The notes beneath the pieces were generated by a model. The model was not told the origin of the DNA, made no database searches, and saw nothing but the letters and a program-made list of their open reading frames with translations. A DNA stretch of 64,000 nt from Tubulanus polymorphus (lineage: Eukaryota; Animalia; Nemertea): contig NC_134025.1 of assembly GCF_964204645.1 (NCBI RefSeq), forward strand, positions 30,856,299 to 30,920,298. The letters run 5' to 3'. The number at the start of each line of letters is the position of its first letter. Within the stretch, counting starts at the first letter, position 1. Below are positions 41,173 through 53,900 of this stretch, in pieces. The position numbers and the translations under genes were made by a program.

Positions 41173-41965
41173 CATTTGTTTGACAATAAGTCTAGAACAT
41201 TCATACCTCGTTTTTCTGCGCATTTGATAACGATTTTCCTAACTCATTTCTCCTCTCAGTGCGAATGTGATTCACTTTAATTATCGTCTGACGGATGTTT
41301 TAAAACGATCAATGGTATTTTCATTCATTTATAGCCTGTTCTTCTTTCGTTAAAAACAGGTTTTCTTTCAATGTTGTTCTATAAAGAATTGAAAGTTCAC
41401 CCAAACGATCAACTGAACATGGTCTAATTATTTCCAGGAGGGACTCTGCCCTTTCGAGTTCATTCGAAGCTAGGTTATACTGGGCTAATCCTGAACCAGC
41501 TTACTGGACTTATGGCTAGTGCATCGGGCTTATCCTCAGCTAGCTTTCTTGGCTTATCCTGAGCTGGACCTTACCCTGAGCTAGTGCACTGGGCCTATCC
41601 TGAGCAGCTTACTGGGCTAGTTAGTTCACTGATGCGGTTGGGAGAATGATATATAATGCAAATCATTAGAGTTTGATAAATTTCATGTTTATTTACAATC
41701 AAAACAGTCAAATACAAAAGATTACAACAAAATAGTCGCCTCACTTATTGATTTAAGAATTCAAAACATTTCAGGTCCAGACATTACAGATTCATCCTGT
41801 ATCCAGTTCCACAGTTTCACAGTTGTGGGTTAGAGTTAACTCAGGACTCAGTTCCACAGTTATGAGTTAAAGATTAGTTCATTTTCTATTAGTTAATGGC
41901 ATAGAAACTGTACAACTGGATCGTCCTGTTTTATGACAACTAAACTGAATTCACTTTCAATCAGA

Positions 41966-44900
41966 TCAATCTAAACCTTCATTACAAACATCAAACAATA
42001 ATTTACAGCAATCATTTAACGTATTTTCATCTTTCGTTGAGAAAGCGATTGAAATTATATTTTCGAATTTTTTCAAACACCACAATTTGGAATCGTAATC
42101 GCTCAATGAACCGACGAAATGACGTAATCGTTCAGTATCTGATATTGCTAACAGTAAACACACTAAACCTATGTAATAGATCAATAGATTATCGATGAAA
42201 TTTTCAACTTTCATATTCTCCAAATATTTTACAATTGTTCCGTTATTCGAATCATTGGTCATCCATCTCAACATCAGTAACGAACATTGAACCATCGATA
42301 AATCGTCAGTTTTGAAATCGTTGAAATCAGTTAAATGTTGACTAATGATAATGAACAATGATACCGCTGTCTGTTGACAGTTTGAATTATCTACACATGG
42401 TTTATCAATATTACTAATATTATTAATATTACTAATATTATTAATATTATTACTCGTATATTGAGTATAGAGTAAATCCACTGCGTTGATCACTAATTCA
42501 TCGCTTGTTGAATTCGCCCATATTTTAAACAGTTTCATGAACTGATTCACAGGTAACGTACAGTTCAGTTTACAGTTCATACATTGAATCATCGACTCCG
42601 ACAGAATTGATAAATACTGCTGATATTTCACTGGGTTGTACTGATCACTGAAAATAAAAACAATCAAAATAATCAGAGATTGAAATCTAAATAAATTCTA
42701 TTCAAGTCTATCGGTAGAATTGATGTTTTCTTCCAAGATTCCTCTAAACAGTGGAGACTGAGTTAATATAACACCAATTGTTGGAATATTTCTCGAGTAA
42801 AACAAATGCTATGTAAAGGTTGTTCAAAAGTGAACCAGTTGATAACTGACATAGTGACAATCGAAACCACATTGTTAGCCAAACATGGTGTTCATTCTCT
42901 GGACTCAGTTCCACGGGAGTCTGGTATGTTTTACCTTGGAGTAATCATTCAAATGATTACTCCAAGGTTTGACTGTGCAGTTGAGAGTAGAATCTGGATG
43001 AACTGTGCAACTAGACATATATTAGATGGTTAAGTTAATAAACCGACTATCAAGCGATTAACAGTCTAATAATAGACTGAGAGAGGTTCTGATAATTGTG
43101 TTAATATTTACCAAAATTGATCGATCAGAGTGAAACAAATCATCAACAATTCATGAACGAATAAAGATCGAATTTTAGGAGGATCTTCTTTCAGAGCTGA
43201 TTTCATAACGATCCAAATATTGTCGAGGAGTTCAATGTGACAATCTAACAACTCCTGACTGCGACCACTAGAATATCAACAGAAACATTATTTTTATGTA
43301 GAGTTTAAGATAAAGAAGTCAATTTCAAAGATCAAGATATGGTTCTACAGTTGTTGGTTAATATTTGACTCCTGAGTCAAAACATTGTAAATGAACCAAA
43401 TCAAACTCTTGAACCGCGGAACTGGTTCTACAATTCTCAGGTAAGATTTGACTTTTTGAGTTTAAGAATCGGATTTCAACTTCTGAATCAACTTAACCAA
43501 CGAATGTGAAACAGGATCGTGTTTGAACTAGTTTTACTGGATCGTGTCCTCACCTTTGTTTTGACGTTCCTAAAATCCACGTCAATACGGAATGATTTTT
43601 CACCAAGTCAAAAACCACCGATTGTATTTTCGTAGCAGCGCGTAAAACCTTCAAAACTTTAACCTAGAAATTAAATGATTATAAAAATTCTGATGTATAG
43701 AATTTGAGAAGTACATCGAGTTTATCGATGCAGGGGTGAGGGGGTGAGAGGGGTGAGGGATGAGGGGGTGAGGAGGGTGAGAGGTTACCTGAGTGGCTTC
43801 AGAGCTCAATGGACTGTCATAGAAAGTCTGCATCAGATCAAATATCCGTTTCTTTTGGTACATTGTATAATCATCAGCAAGTCTCAAACCATCGCATAAT
43901 AAAACGAGCATCCAATTACGATCATAATCAAACTACAAAAACATTATCAAATCATTCAGTTGAATTGTTAATTATTATTTAAATCATCACTCCTAACTCA
44001 CTGGTACTGATTCGAGCTCAGTGTTCCATATTCAATTCAATAAATACTAAAATATCTGAAGTTTATGTTCAACTGTGAACTACAAAACATACGATCAGTT
44101 GTGAACTTACGTTCAACGATGAACTACAAAACAGTTTGAAAAATTCTGGTACTTTCTTAGTATCAATGACTGGTTGCGCAAGAATGAAATCCATCACGTT
44201 TTTATACATAGCATCACCTGAAATCAAGTAAATAAAACTCATTAAAATCATATAATTCAGAGCCTGGATTTATAGACTGTATTTACCGTACTTAAAACCC
44301 ACCGCCCAGTCCCATAGTGGAGACTTAAAAGTGGTCTTAAATATAAAGACTGGTCTTATGTTAGATTGGCGATAGAACTAAGCTGATCTTAAGTCTGTGC
44401 AACTGGCCCTTCAGATTGACTCACTTGAAAATGAATTCAGTTAGCCCCTGGGTAAAAGTTGTCAGGTGTTCAGATGAACCCCGAAACATTATAAGGCACT
44501 GTAATCCTTGTTCCTGATTGTATCAGTAAATCTAAATCTAGGTGAAAGCTGCATTTAAAAAAATGTTTTTATCTTGGTTTTCAAAATTGTTTATACCATT
44601 TCTGGATGAGTTATTTATAATTACCTGGTTCGACTAGAATATTAGCAGCCTTGGCTAGGAATATGGATACAACACAAGGCATCTGATAGTTTGCACGTAG
44701 CATACTGTTTTTAACACATTTCAGTAAAACTAATAATTCTTGTTTTCTCGAGAATAATCGCGCTCCTTCTAAATGAGTGATCAGATTCATCAGCAGATAA
44801 TAAGCAGCTCCTCTCATTGTTGCGTCGTAACTCGACAGAGCAGTAAATATATAACTCAAACAATTCCTTCTGACGAACATTTCACAATTCACTACAGCAT

Positions 44901-47900
44901 CTGTAATTATAAATATGGAGTGAAATTAGTGAATAAACTGCTTTACAGACGTAGGATATCGAGTCTAGAATAGTGTATTCTAACATGGAATAGTGTATTC
45001 TAACATGGAATAGTGTATTCTAACATGGAATAGTGTATTCTAACATGTTTGGACCTTTTTTTTCAATGTTCGTAAAATGGGATTTACTTGTCTTGCGTTT
45101 GGTCTCAATGATTCATAGATAACCTGGTTTTCACAAAACCACGTCTGCCCATCTATGCGATCTTAAGCATTACCCGGTATGTACATATGGAGAATAACTC
45201 AATTCTTGTCACCTCCATAGATACGTGCGTAAAAAACAGCCCCTAGACCCTCTCCACTATAGAGTGAAATAAATGTTGTGATTTTTTCATAAAGTGCATT
45301 CAGGAATTTGTATAATCGAGATTTGAATGTGAAGTAAGTCAAGAGACCGGTGGGGCAGTACTCTACTCTACAATAGAACAGGTTATGTGCATGAGGGGAC
45401 TCTACGTAAGCTATTTAAAGACTATATCTATGCGTATATTGTGTTTACATTTACCAGTTTAAATTCTACAGTGAAATACTGGTTCATTAAAATCCCCCAT
45501 TACAGTTAAATGGCTAAACCTATATACACTATAATACACACTACAAACATACCAGGAAATAATGGCTTACATCGAATCAGGAAGTTCTAACTAAATTCAT
45601 GAACATAAACAGAAATGTCTTCACCAAATGCAGGTGAGATGATTATAATTACAGTTGACTCAGAGCTGAACTCAGATCTTATAGGACCAACTTCAGAGGA
45701 GTGATATCATAGTTAAACAGATCTCTGAGTTAAACTGTTATCTTTGAGTTAATCAGTTATCTCTGAGTTAAACAGTTATCTAAGAATTAAACAGTTATCT
45801 GTTTGAGTTAATCAGTTATCTCTGAGTTAAACAGTTATTGTTAATGAGGGAATGTTATCTTGTTGATTGGATCCAAGTTGAGTTAACTAACAGTTTTACT
45901 AACAGTTTATTTATTGAAATCATTCCAATAATTGTTGTTTATTTGTTAGGTTTAATAGTAGGAGTTACAATTCCTATTCTACTGCTGGTAGCGATCGGTA
46001 TTGGCTTAATTTGGTGGTTTTGGCTCAGGTAAGTTACGCATGGTATTATTTCCAATGACAAATTGTAAAATTTGAAGAAAAAATTCATGTAAACTTTCTG
46101 CTTTCAGGAAAAAAGTCCAATGTCGCGGGGAACCGTACGAGAAATGGGATGATGACCCGGAACAACCAGATTTATCCGGCTCTAAACTATCTGTTCACGA
46201 TAACGCTGCATTCCAGGTCGATGTGTTAGACTCAATACCTCGCGGTAGAGACATTTATGAAGATCCCGAATTAAATCTAGAATTAAAAACTCAACCTCGG
46301 AAATTACCGGATAATCAAGACGCTGTTGATTCAAACGAAACAGCAGATTTTACGACTAGATTTGAAGCTCATTTTCCAGAGACCGGAAACCATGACGATG
46401 GAATATTCTGGCCACCAACGGAACAAACAATCAGTCCCTCAGGGATAGACATTCAAACTCAACTGGAATATAATTCACCAAATTTCAAATATGTCGACGA
46501 TTCCTCAGATAATGAGGTTAAACAACCCTCAGATAATGAGGCTATCAAAACCTCAGATGATGAGGCTGTAGTACCTTTAGATGAGGAACCAGAACAAACC
46601 CCTAAAACTGAACCTATTTACGCGCAAGTGAATAAATCTCGATCAGATGAGAATGAACCAACAACAAGAAACGATAACAATGAGGACAACACAGAATAAA
46701 CCACATAGTGGTGGTGGTACCTCATACACAGTGGTGGTGGTACCTCATACACAGTGGTGGTGGTACCTCATACACAGTGGTGGTGGTACCTCATACACAG
46801 TGGTGGTGGTACCTCATACACAGTGGTGGTGGTACCTCATACACAGTGGTGGTGGTACCTCATACACAGTGGTGGTGGTACCTCATACACAGTGGTGGTG
46901 GTACCTCATACACAGTGGTGGTGGTACCTCATACACAGTGGTGGTGGTACCTCATACACAGTGGTGGTGGTACCTCATACACAGTGGTGGTGGTACCTCA
47001 TACACAGTGGTGGTGGTACCTCATACACAGTGGTGGTGGTACCTCATACACAGTGGTGGTGGTACCTCATACACAGTGGTGGTGGTACCTCATACACAGT
47101 GGTGGTGGTACCTCATACACAGTGGTGGTGGTACCTCATACACAGTGGTGGTGGTACCTCATACACAGTGGTGGTGGTACCTGACATAGTGGCGATCAGC
47201 TCTGTGGCAAACTGAGAGTATTTAACAGGTGGACTAAAGGAAGAACGCACCACAAATAATATACGTAACAGAATCTTGCAGTGAATTGATTTTTGATCTA
47301 ATTCTTCAATCAACCAAAAACAGAAAGTAATACTGTATGAATATATGAATTCAGTACAAGTCACTATAAGTGAAACAGATCTATTGCGGGGAGGGAGGAG
47401 AGGGAGGTTGAGGGAGGGAGGTTGAGGGAGGGAGGTTGAGGGAGGGAGGTTGAGGCGAGGGAGGTTGAGGCGAGGGAGGTTGAGGGAGGGAGGTTGAGGC
47501 GAGGGAGGTTAAGGGAGGGAGGTTGAGGAAGGGAGGTTGAGGCGAGGGAGGTTGAAGAGAGGGAGGTTGAGGCGAGGGAGGTTGAGGGAGGTTGAGGCGA
47601 GGGAGGTTGAGGCGAGGGAGGTTGAGGGAGGGAGGTTGAGGGAGGGAGGTTGAGGCGAGAGAGGTTGAGGCGAGGGAGGTTGAGGGAGGGAGGTTGAGGA
47701 AGGGAGGTTGAGGGAGGGAGGTTGAGGGAGGGAGGTTGAGGGAGGGAGGTTGAGGCGAGGGAGGTTGAGGCGAGGGAGGTTGAGGGAGGGAGGTTGAGGC
47801 GAGGGAGGTTGAGGCGAGGGAGGTTGAGGGAGGGTGGTTGAGGCGAGGGAGGTTGAGGCGAGGGAGGTTGAGGCGAGGGAGGTTGAGGCGAGGGAGGTTG

Positions 47901-50900
47901 AGGGAGGGAGGTTGAGGGAGGGTGGTTGAGGGAGGGTGGTTGAGGCGAGGGAGGTTGAGGGAGGGTGGTTGAGGCGAGGGAGGTTGAGGCGAGGGAGGTT
48001 GAGGGAGGGAGGTTGAGGAAGGGAGGTTGAGGGAGGGAGGTTGAGGCGAGGGAGGTTGAGGCGAGGGAGGTTGAGGGAGGGAGGTTGAGGGAGGGTGGTT
48101 GAGGCGAGGGAGGTTGAGGCGAGGGAGGTTGAGGGAGGGAGGTTGAGGGAGGGAGGTTGAGGGAGGGAGGTTAAGGGAGGGAGGTTGAGGGAGGGAGGTT
48201 GAGGGAGGGTGGTTGAGGCGAGGGAGGTTGAGGCGAGGGAGGTTGAGGGAGGGAGGTTGAGGGAGGGAGGTTGAGGGAGGGAGGTTAAGGGAGGGAGGTT
48301 GAGGGAGGGAGGTTGAGGCGAGGGAGGTTGAGGCGAGGGAGGTTGAGGGAGGGAGGTTGAGGCGAGGGAGGTTGAGGGAGGGTGGTTGAGGCGAGGGAGG
48401 TTGAGGCGAGGGAGGTTGAGGCGAGGGAGGTTGAGGCGAGGGAGGTTGAGGGAGGGAGGTTGAGGGAGGGAGGTTGAGGGAGGGTGGTTGAGGCGAGGGA
48501 GGTTGAGGCGAGGGAGGTTGAGGGAGGGAGGTTGAGGGAGGGAGGTTGAGGGAGGGTGGTTGAGGCGAGGGAGGTTGAGGCGAGGGAGGTTGAGGGAGGG
48601 AGGTTGAGGGAGGGAGGTTGAGGGAGGGAGGTTAAGGGAGGGAGGTTGAGGGAGGGAGGTTGAGGCGAGGGAGGTTGAGGCGAGGGAGGTTGAGGGAGGG
48701 AGGTTGAGGCGAGGGAGGTTGAGGGAGGGTGGTTGAGGCGAGGGAGGTTGAGGCGAGGGAGGTTGAGGCGAGGGAGGTTGAGGGAGGGAGGTTGAGGCGA
48801 GGGAGGTTGAGGCGAGGGAGGTTGAGGCGAGGGAGGTTGAGGGAGGGAGGTTGAGGGAGGGAGGTTGAGGGAGGGTGGTTGAGGCGAGGGAGGTTGAGGC
48901 GAGGGAGGTTGAGGCGAGGGAGGTTGAGGCGAGGGAGGTTGAGGGAGGGAGGTTGAGGGAGGGTGGTTGAGGGAGGGTGGTTGAGGCGAGGGAGGTTGAG
49001 GGAGGGTGGTTGAGGCGAGGGAGGTTGAGGCGAGGGAGGTTGAGGGAGGGAGGTTGAGGAAGGGAGGTTGAGGGAGGGAGGTTGAGGCGAGGGAGGTTGA
49101 GGCGAGGGAGGTTGAGGGAGGGAGGTTGAGGGAGGGTGGTTGAGGCGAGGGAGGTTGAGGCGAGGGAGGTTGAGGGAGGGAGGTTGAGGGAGGGAGGTTG
49201 AGGGAGGGAGGTTAAGGGAGGGAGGTTGAGGGAGGGAGGTTGAGGGAGGGTGGTTGAGGCGAGGGAGGTTGAGGCGAGGGAGGTTGAGGGAGGGAGGTTG
49301 AGGGAGGGAGGTTGAGGGAGGGAGGTTAAGGGAGGGAGGTTGAGGGAGGGAGGTTGAGGCGAGGGAGGTTGAGGCGAGGGAGGTTGAGGGAGGGAGGTTG
49401 AGGCGAGGGAGGTTGAGGGAGGGTGGTTGAGGCGAGGGAGGTTGAGGCGAGGGAGGTTGAGGCGAGGGAGGTTGAGGCGAGGGAGGTTGAGGGAGGGAGG
49501 TTGAGGGAGGGAGGTTGAGGGAGGGTGGTTGAGGCGAGGGAGGTTGAGGCGAGGGAGGTTGAGGGAGGGAGGTTGAGGGAGGGAGGTTGAGGGAGGGTGG
49601 TTGAGGCGAGGGAGGTTGAGGCGAGGGAGGTTGAGGGAGGGAGGTTGAGGGAGGGAGGTTGAGGGAGGGAGGTTAAGGGAGGGAGGTTGAGGGAGGGAGG
49701 TTGAGGCGAGGGAGGTTGAGGCGAGGGAGGTTGAGGGAGGGAGGTTGAGGCGAGGGAGGTTGAGGGAGGGTGGTTGAGGCGAGGGAGGTTGAGGCGAGGG
49801 AGGTTGAGGCGAGGGAGGTTGAGGGAGGGAGGTTGAGGCGAGGGAGGTTGAGGCGAGGGAGGTTGAGGCGAGGGAGGTTGAGGGAGGGAGGTTGAGGGAG
49901 GGAGGTTGAGGGAGGGTGGTTGAGGCGAGGGAGGTTGAGGCGAGGGAGGTTGAGGGAGGGAGGTTGAGGGAGGGAGGTTGAGGGAGGGTGGTTGAGGCGA
50001 GGGAGGTTGAGGCGAGGGAGGTTGAGGGAGGGTGGTTGAGGCGAGGGAGGTTGAGGCGAGGGAGGTTGAGGGAGGGAGGTTGAGGGAGGGTGGTTGAGGT
50101 GAGGAAGGTTGAGGGAGGGAGGTTGAGGGAGGGAGGTTGAGGGAGGGAGGTTGAGGGAGGGAGGTTGAGGGAGGGAGGTTGAGGGAGGGTGGTTGAGGCG
50201 AGGGAGGTTGAGGCGAGGGAGGTTGAGGGAGGGTGGTTGAGGCGAGGGAGGTTGAGGCGAGGGAGGTTGAGGGAGGGAGGTTGAGGGAGGGAGGTTGAGG
50301 GAGGGTGGTTGAGGTGAGGAAGGTTGAGGGAGGGAGGTTGAGGGAGGGAGGTTGAGGCGAGGGAGGTTGAGGCGAGGGAGGTTGAGGGAGGGAGGTTGAG
50401 GCGAGGGAGGTTGAGGGAGGGAGGTTGAGGCGAGGGAGGTTGAGGCGAGGGAGGTTGAGGGAGGGAGGTTGAGGCGAGGGAGGTTGAGGGAGGGAGGTTG
50501 AGGCGAGGGAGGTTGAGGGAGGGTGGTTGAGGCGAGGGAGGTTGAGGCGAGGGAGGTTGAGGCGAGGGAGGTTGAGGCGAGGGAGGTTGAGGGAGGGAGG
50601 TTGAGGCGAGGGAGGTTGAGGCGAGGGAGGTTGAGGGAGGGAGGTTGAGGCGAGGGAGGTTGAGGGAGGGAGGTTGAGGCGAGGGAGGTTGAGGGAGGGA
50701 GGTTGAGGCGAGGGAGGTTGAGGGAGGGAGGTTGAGGCGAGGGAGGTTGAGGGAGGGAAGTTGAGGCGAGGGAGGTTGAGGCGAGGGAGGTTGAGGCGAG
50801 GGAGGTTGAGGCGAGGGAGGTTGAGGCGAGGGAGGTTGAGGGAGGGAGGTTAAGGGAGGGAGGTTGAGGCGAGGGAGGTTGAGGGAGGGAGGTTAAGGGA

Positions 50901-53900
50901 GGGAGGTTGAGGCGAGGGAGGTTGAGGGAGGGAAGTTGAGGCGAGGGAGGTTGAGGCGAGGGAGGTTGAGGCGAGGGAGGTTGAGGCGAGGGAGGTTGAG
51001 GCGAGGGAGGTTGAGGGAGGGTGGTTGAGGCGAGGGAGGTTGAGGCGAGGGAGGTTGAGGCGAGGGAGGTTGAGGCGAGGGAGGTTGAGGGAGGGAGGTT
51101 GAGGCGAGGGAGGTTGAGGCGAGGGAGGTTGAGGGAGGGAGGTTGAGGCGAGGGAGGTTGAGGGAGGGAGGTTGAGGCGAGGGAGGTTGAGGGAGGGAGG
51201 TTGAGGCGAGGGAGGTTGAGGGAGGGAGGTTGAGGCGAGGGAGGTTGAGGCGAGGGAGGTTGAGGCGAGGGAGGTTGAGGGAGGGAGGTTGAGGGAGGGA
51301 GGTTGAGGGAGGGTGGTTGAGGCGAGGGAGGTTGAGGCGAGGGAGGTTGAGGCGAGGGAGGTTGAGGGAGGGAGGTTGAGGCGAGGGAGGTTGAGGGAGG
51401 GAGGTTGAGGCGAGGGAGGTTGAGGGAGGGAGGTTGAGGGAGGGAGGTTAAGGGAGGGAGGTTGAGGGAGGGAAGTTGAGGCGAGGGAGGTTGAGGCGAG
51501 GGAGGTTGAGGGAGGGAGGTTGAGGGAGGGAGGTTGAGGGAGGGAGGTTAAGGGAGGGAGGTTGAGGCGAGGGAGGTTGAGGGAGGGAGGGAGGTTGAGG
51601 GAGGGAGGTTAAGGGAGGGAGGGGAGAGGACTTCAACGTTTCAAGTTATCAGTAGATGTTGTATCTAAAAAGTGTTTACTTTCCACACTAAAATATCATG
51701 TTATGAACTAATGTTGTGATGAAAGGTTTTTATTTTTTATAATTCATATTTTAAAGAGTTGATAAATATATTAAATATATTGGTGCTTCAAAAATTGATA
51801 GTTTAGTTGTATTAACTTCAACATCAATGCAGTGAGGGCCTCTCAGGGTTATTTTAGTGGGTTTGAGGTTTCTTTTTCCCCTCAACCATCTGAGCTCTAC
51901 TCCAAGACATTATCAGCAGATTTGAAGTTTCCTTTTCCTGATTAATGGGGAGAGAGACCAGAGATACACCTTCAACACCAGAAAACTCATCCCTCATGAA
52001 CCAGTGAAAGAGCAATGTTTAAACTCTCTCTCTCTTTGTCACTGGTAGAAATTACCTGGTCTCAGTAAGTAACCAAACAGTGGTAACAAGAAACATGGAT
52101 CATAAATATCCTTATTCTCCTCAGTAATATGCTTCTCATTGTCAGCTGTTGATAAAGCCTAGAAAATATACAAAACTAATATCAAATTCTGCAAAAGCAA
52201 TAATTCCTCTGAAAAATAAATCGAACGATTCTTACCAGTAATTTACGAGTGAGTGGAAATTTCAATGCAGATTTTAAAACTTTCTCAGTATCGAGACACA
52301 ACATTACATCCTCCATTTTAGGTTCCGTTCTCAGAGAAGGGCCGACAGATTTCCGCGTAAAATGATGGTCCATTGCCTTCTGACCCCAGAAAAATGGTCT
52401 GAATACAATAAACAATATAGATGATGATGTAAATTTATAAACTTTGAACTGTGTCTTTGAAAAATCTGTTATGAATTAACAAACCTATAACTTGACATAT
52501 CAACGGGAGCAGTTTCATAAAGTCTTAATAAATAAATCAACTTTACATCTGAAATAAGTCATGTGAAATAATAACATTAAAAATCGAAAAAGAGATCCTC
52601 ACAATCTGTGAAATAATGACAATCATTACCTGAACTCGACAGAGTAGCGTTATACGCAGCTAACAATGAAGCTACATGGTCGCTATGACAACAGGAAGGA
52701 TCGAGGATTACTAACTGCGTTAATAATTCAATCAAATCGCCTGAAAAAATATGACAGATTTTAGTTTCCTGTGAGAATTGGAGTATAATCATCGAACTGT
52801 GGAACTGAATTCTGAACTGTGGAATACAGGAATGTGGAACTGGATTCAGAACCGTGGAACTGGATAGAGAAATGTGGAATACAAACCTTTAGCTATATGC
52901 GTATTTTCATTGATGATTATCTGATGAAATTGTGAATGCGACATCAACATTTCGTACATAGTTTTAACAGACGGAGTTTTATCTGAATCAGTTGAATATA
53001 ACTTCACTACTATTTCTCTGATTAATGATAACATTTGAGGTGAATGATAATACTTCCTAGAAAATAGAATAGAACAACAACAGGAATCAGTGACATTTAT
53101 TCATAAATACATCTACAGTAGACTCCGCTTGAGACAGAGATAAATATTCAACCCGTTTCACTCGTTGAAATATCAGTCACATCTCATCTGACTCAGATAT
53201 CACTCTCAAATCGGACAAGTCCAACTCGATCGGAGTCTACTATCAATATTTCTGCACACAAACCTGCAACAACTTCTGAAGATTTTCATCCAGTTATTTT
53301 CAAGCGCTGTCCACAATTCATCTTCCGAAGCAAAATCCTGTAACAAGAGAAAGATGGATTAGTGAAGACTCATTCTCAGAGCGTAGATGTCTACTGATTC
53401 TATAGATGGATAATCATACTTACTTTCACAACTTCTTTCAAACTGTTCAGAACATCTGATAAACTTGTTGGATGTTCTTCCCTTTTCGAATAGGTTTTGA
53501 CGATATTTGATAAACTTGTGAATAACTGTGGAAGTTCACTGATTATAACACTTGAGTTCAGTGTAATACAACGTCTCAATACAGCATGAAACACAAGTAA
53601 ATGTTGATCTGAAACTGGACTGATCTTTCCACATGATTCAACGATAGACTTCATAACACACGCCAAATCATCTGTAAAAAGTACCGGTAATCAATATCAG
53701 GGTTTTTAAGGCTTCCCTAATTAACAATGACTACAGTCCTTAAATTTCAGAAATTTTGGGAGGGAAACCTGGTTTGTAGAGTTGTTTACCACTGAAAAAC
53801 AGAATTTGGAAATTCTAGGGCATTAAGGGTTTTAAGGTGTTGTGATAGAAGTATTGAAGAGATACCTTCAATAAGATGTGGAATCAATGAAACTAAGATG

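Noticed and set aside
46647-47364. ORFs of (HSGGGTSYTVVVVPHTQWWWYLI)n
   Set aside because: Artefact of a stop-free 23-bp repeat that cycles through all frames.
51448-51636. Pro-rich 62-aa ORF
   Set aside because: Edge of the G-rich satellite read on the C-rich strand.
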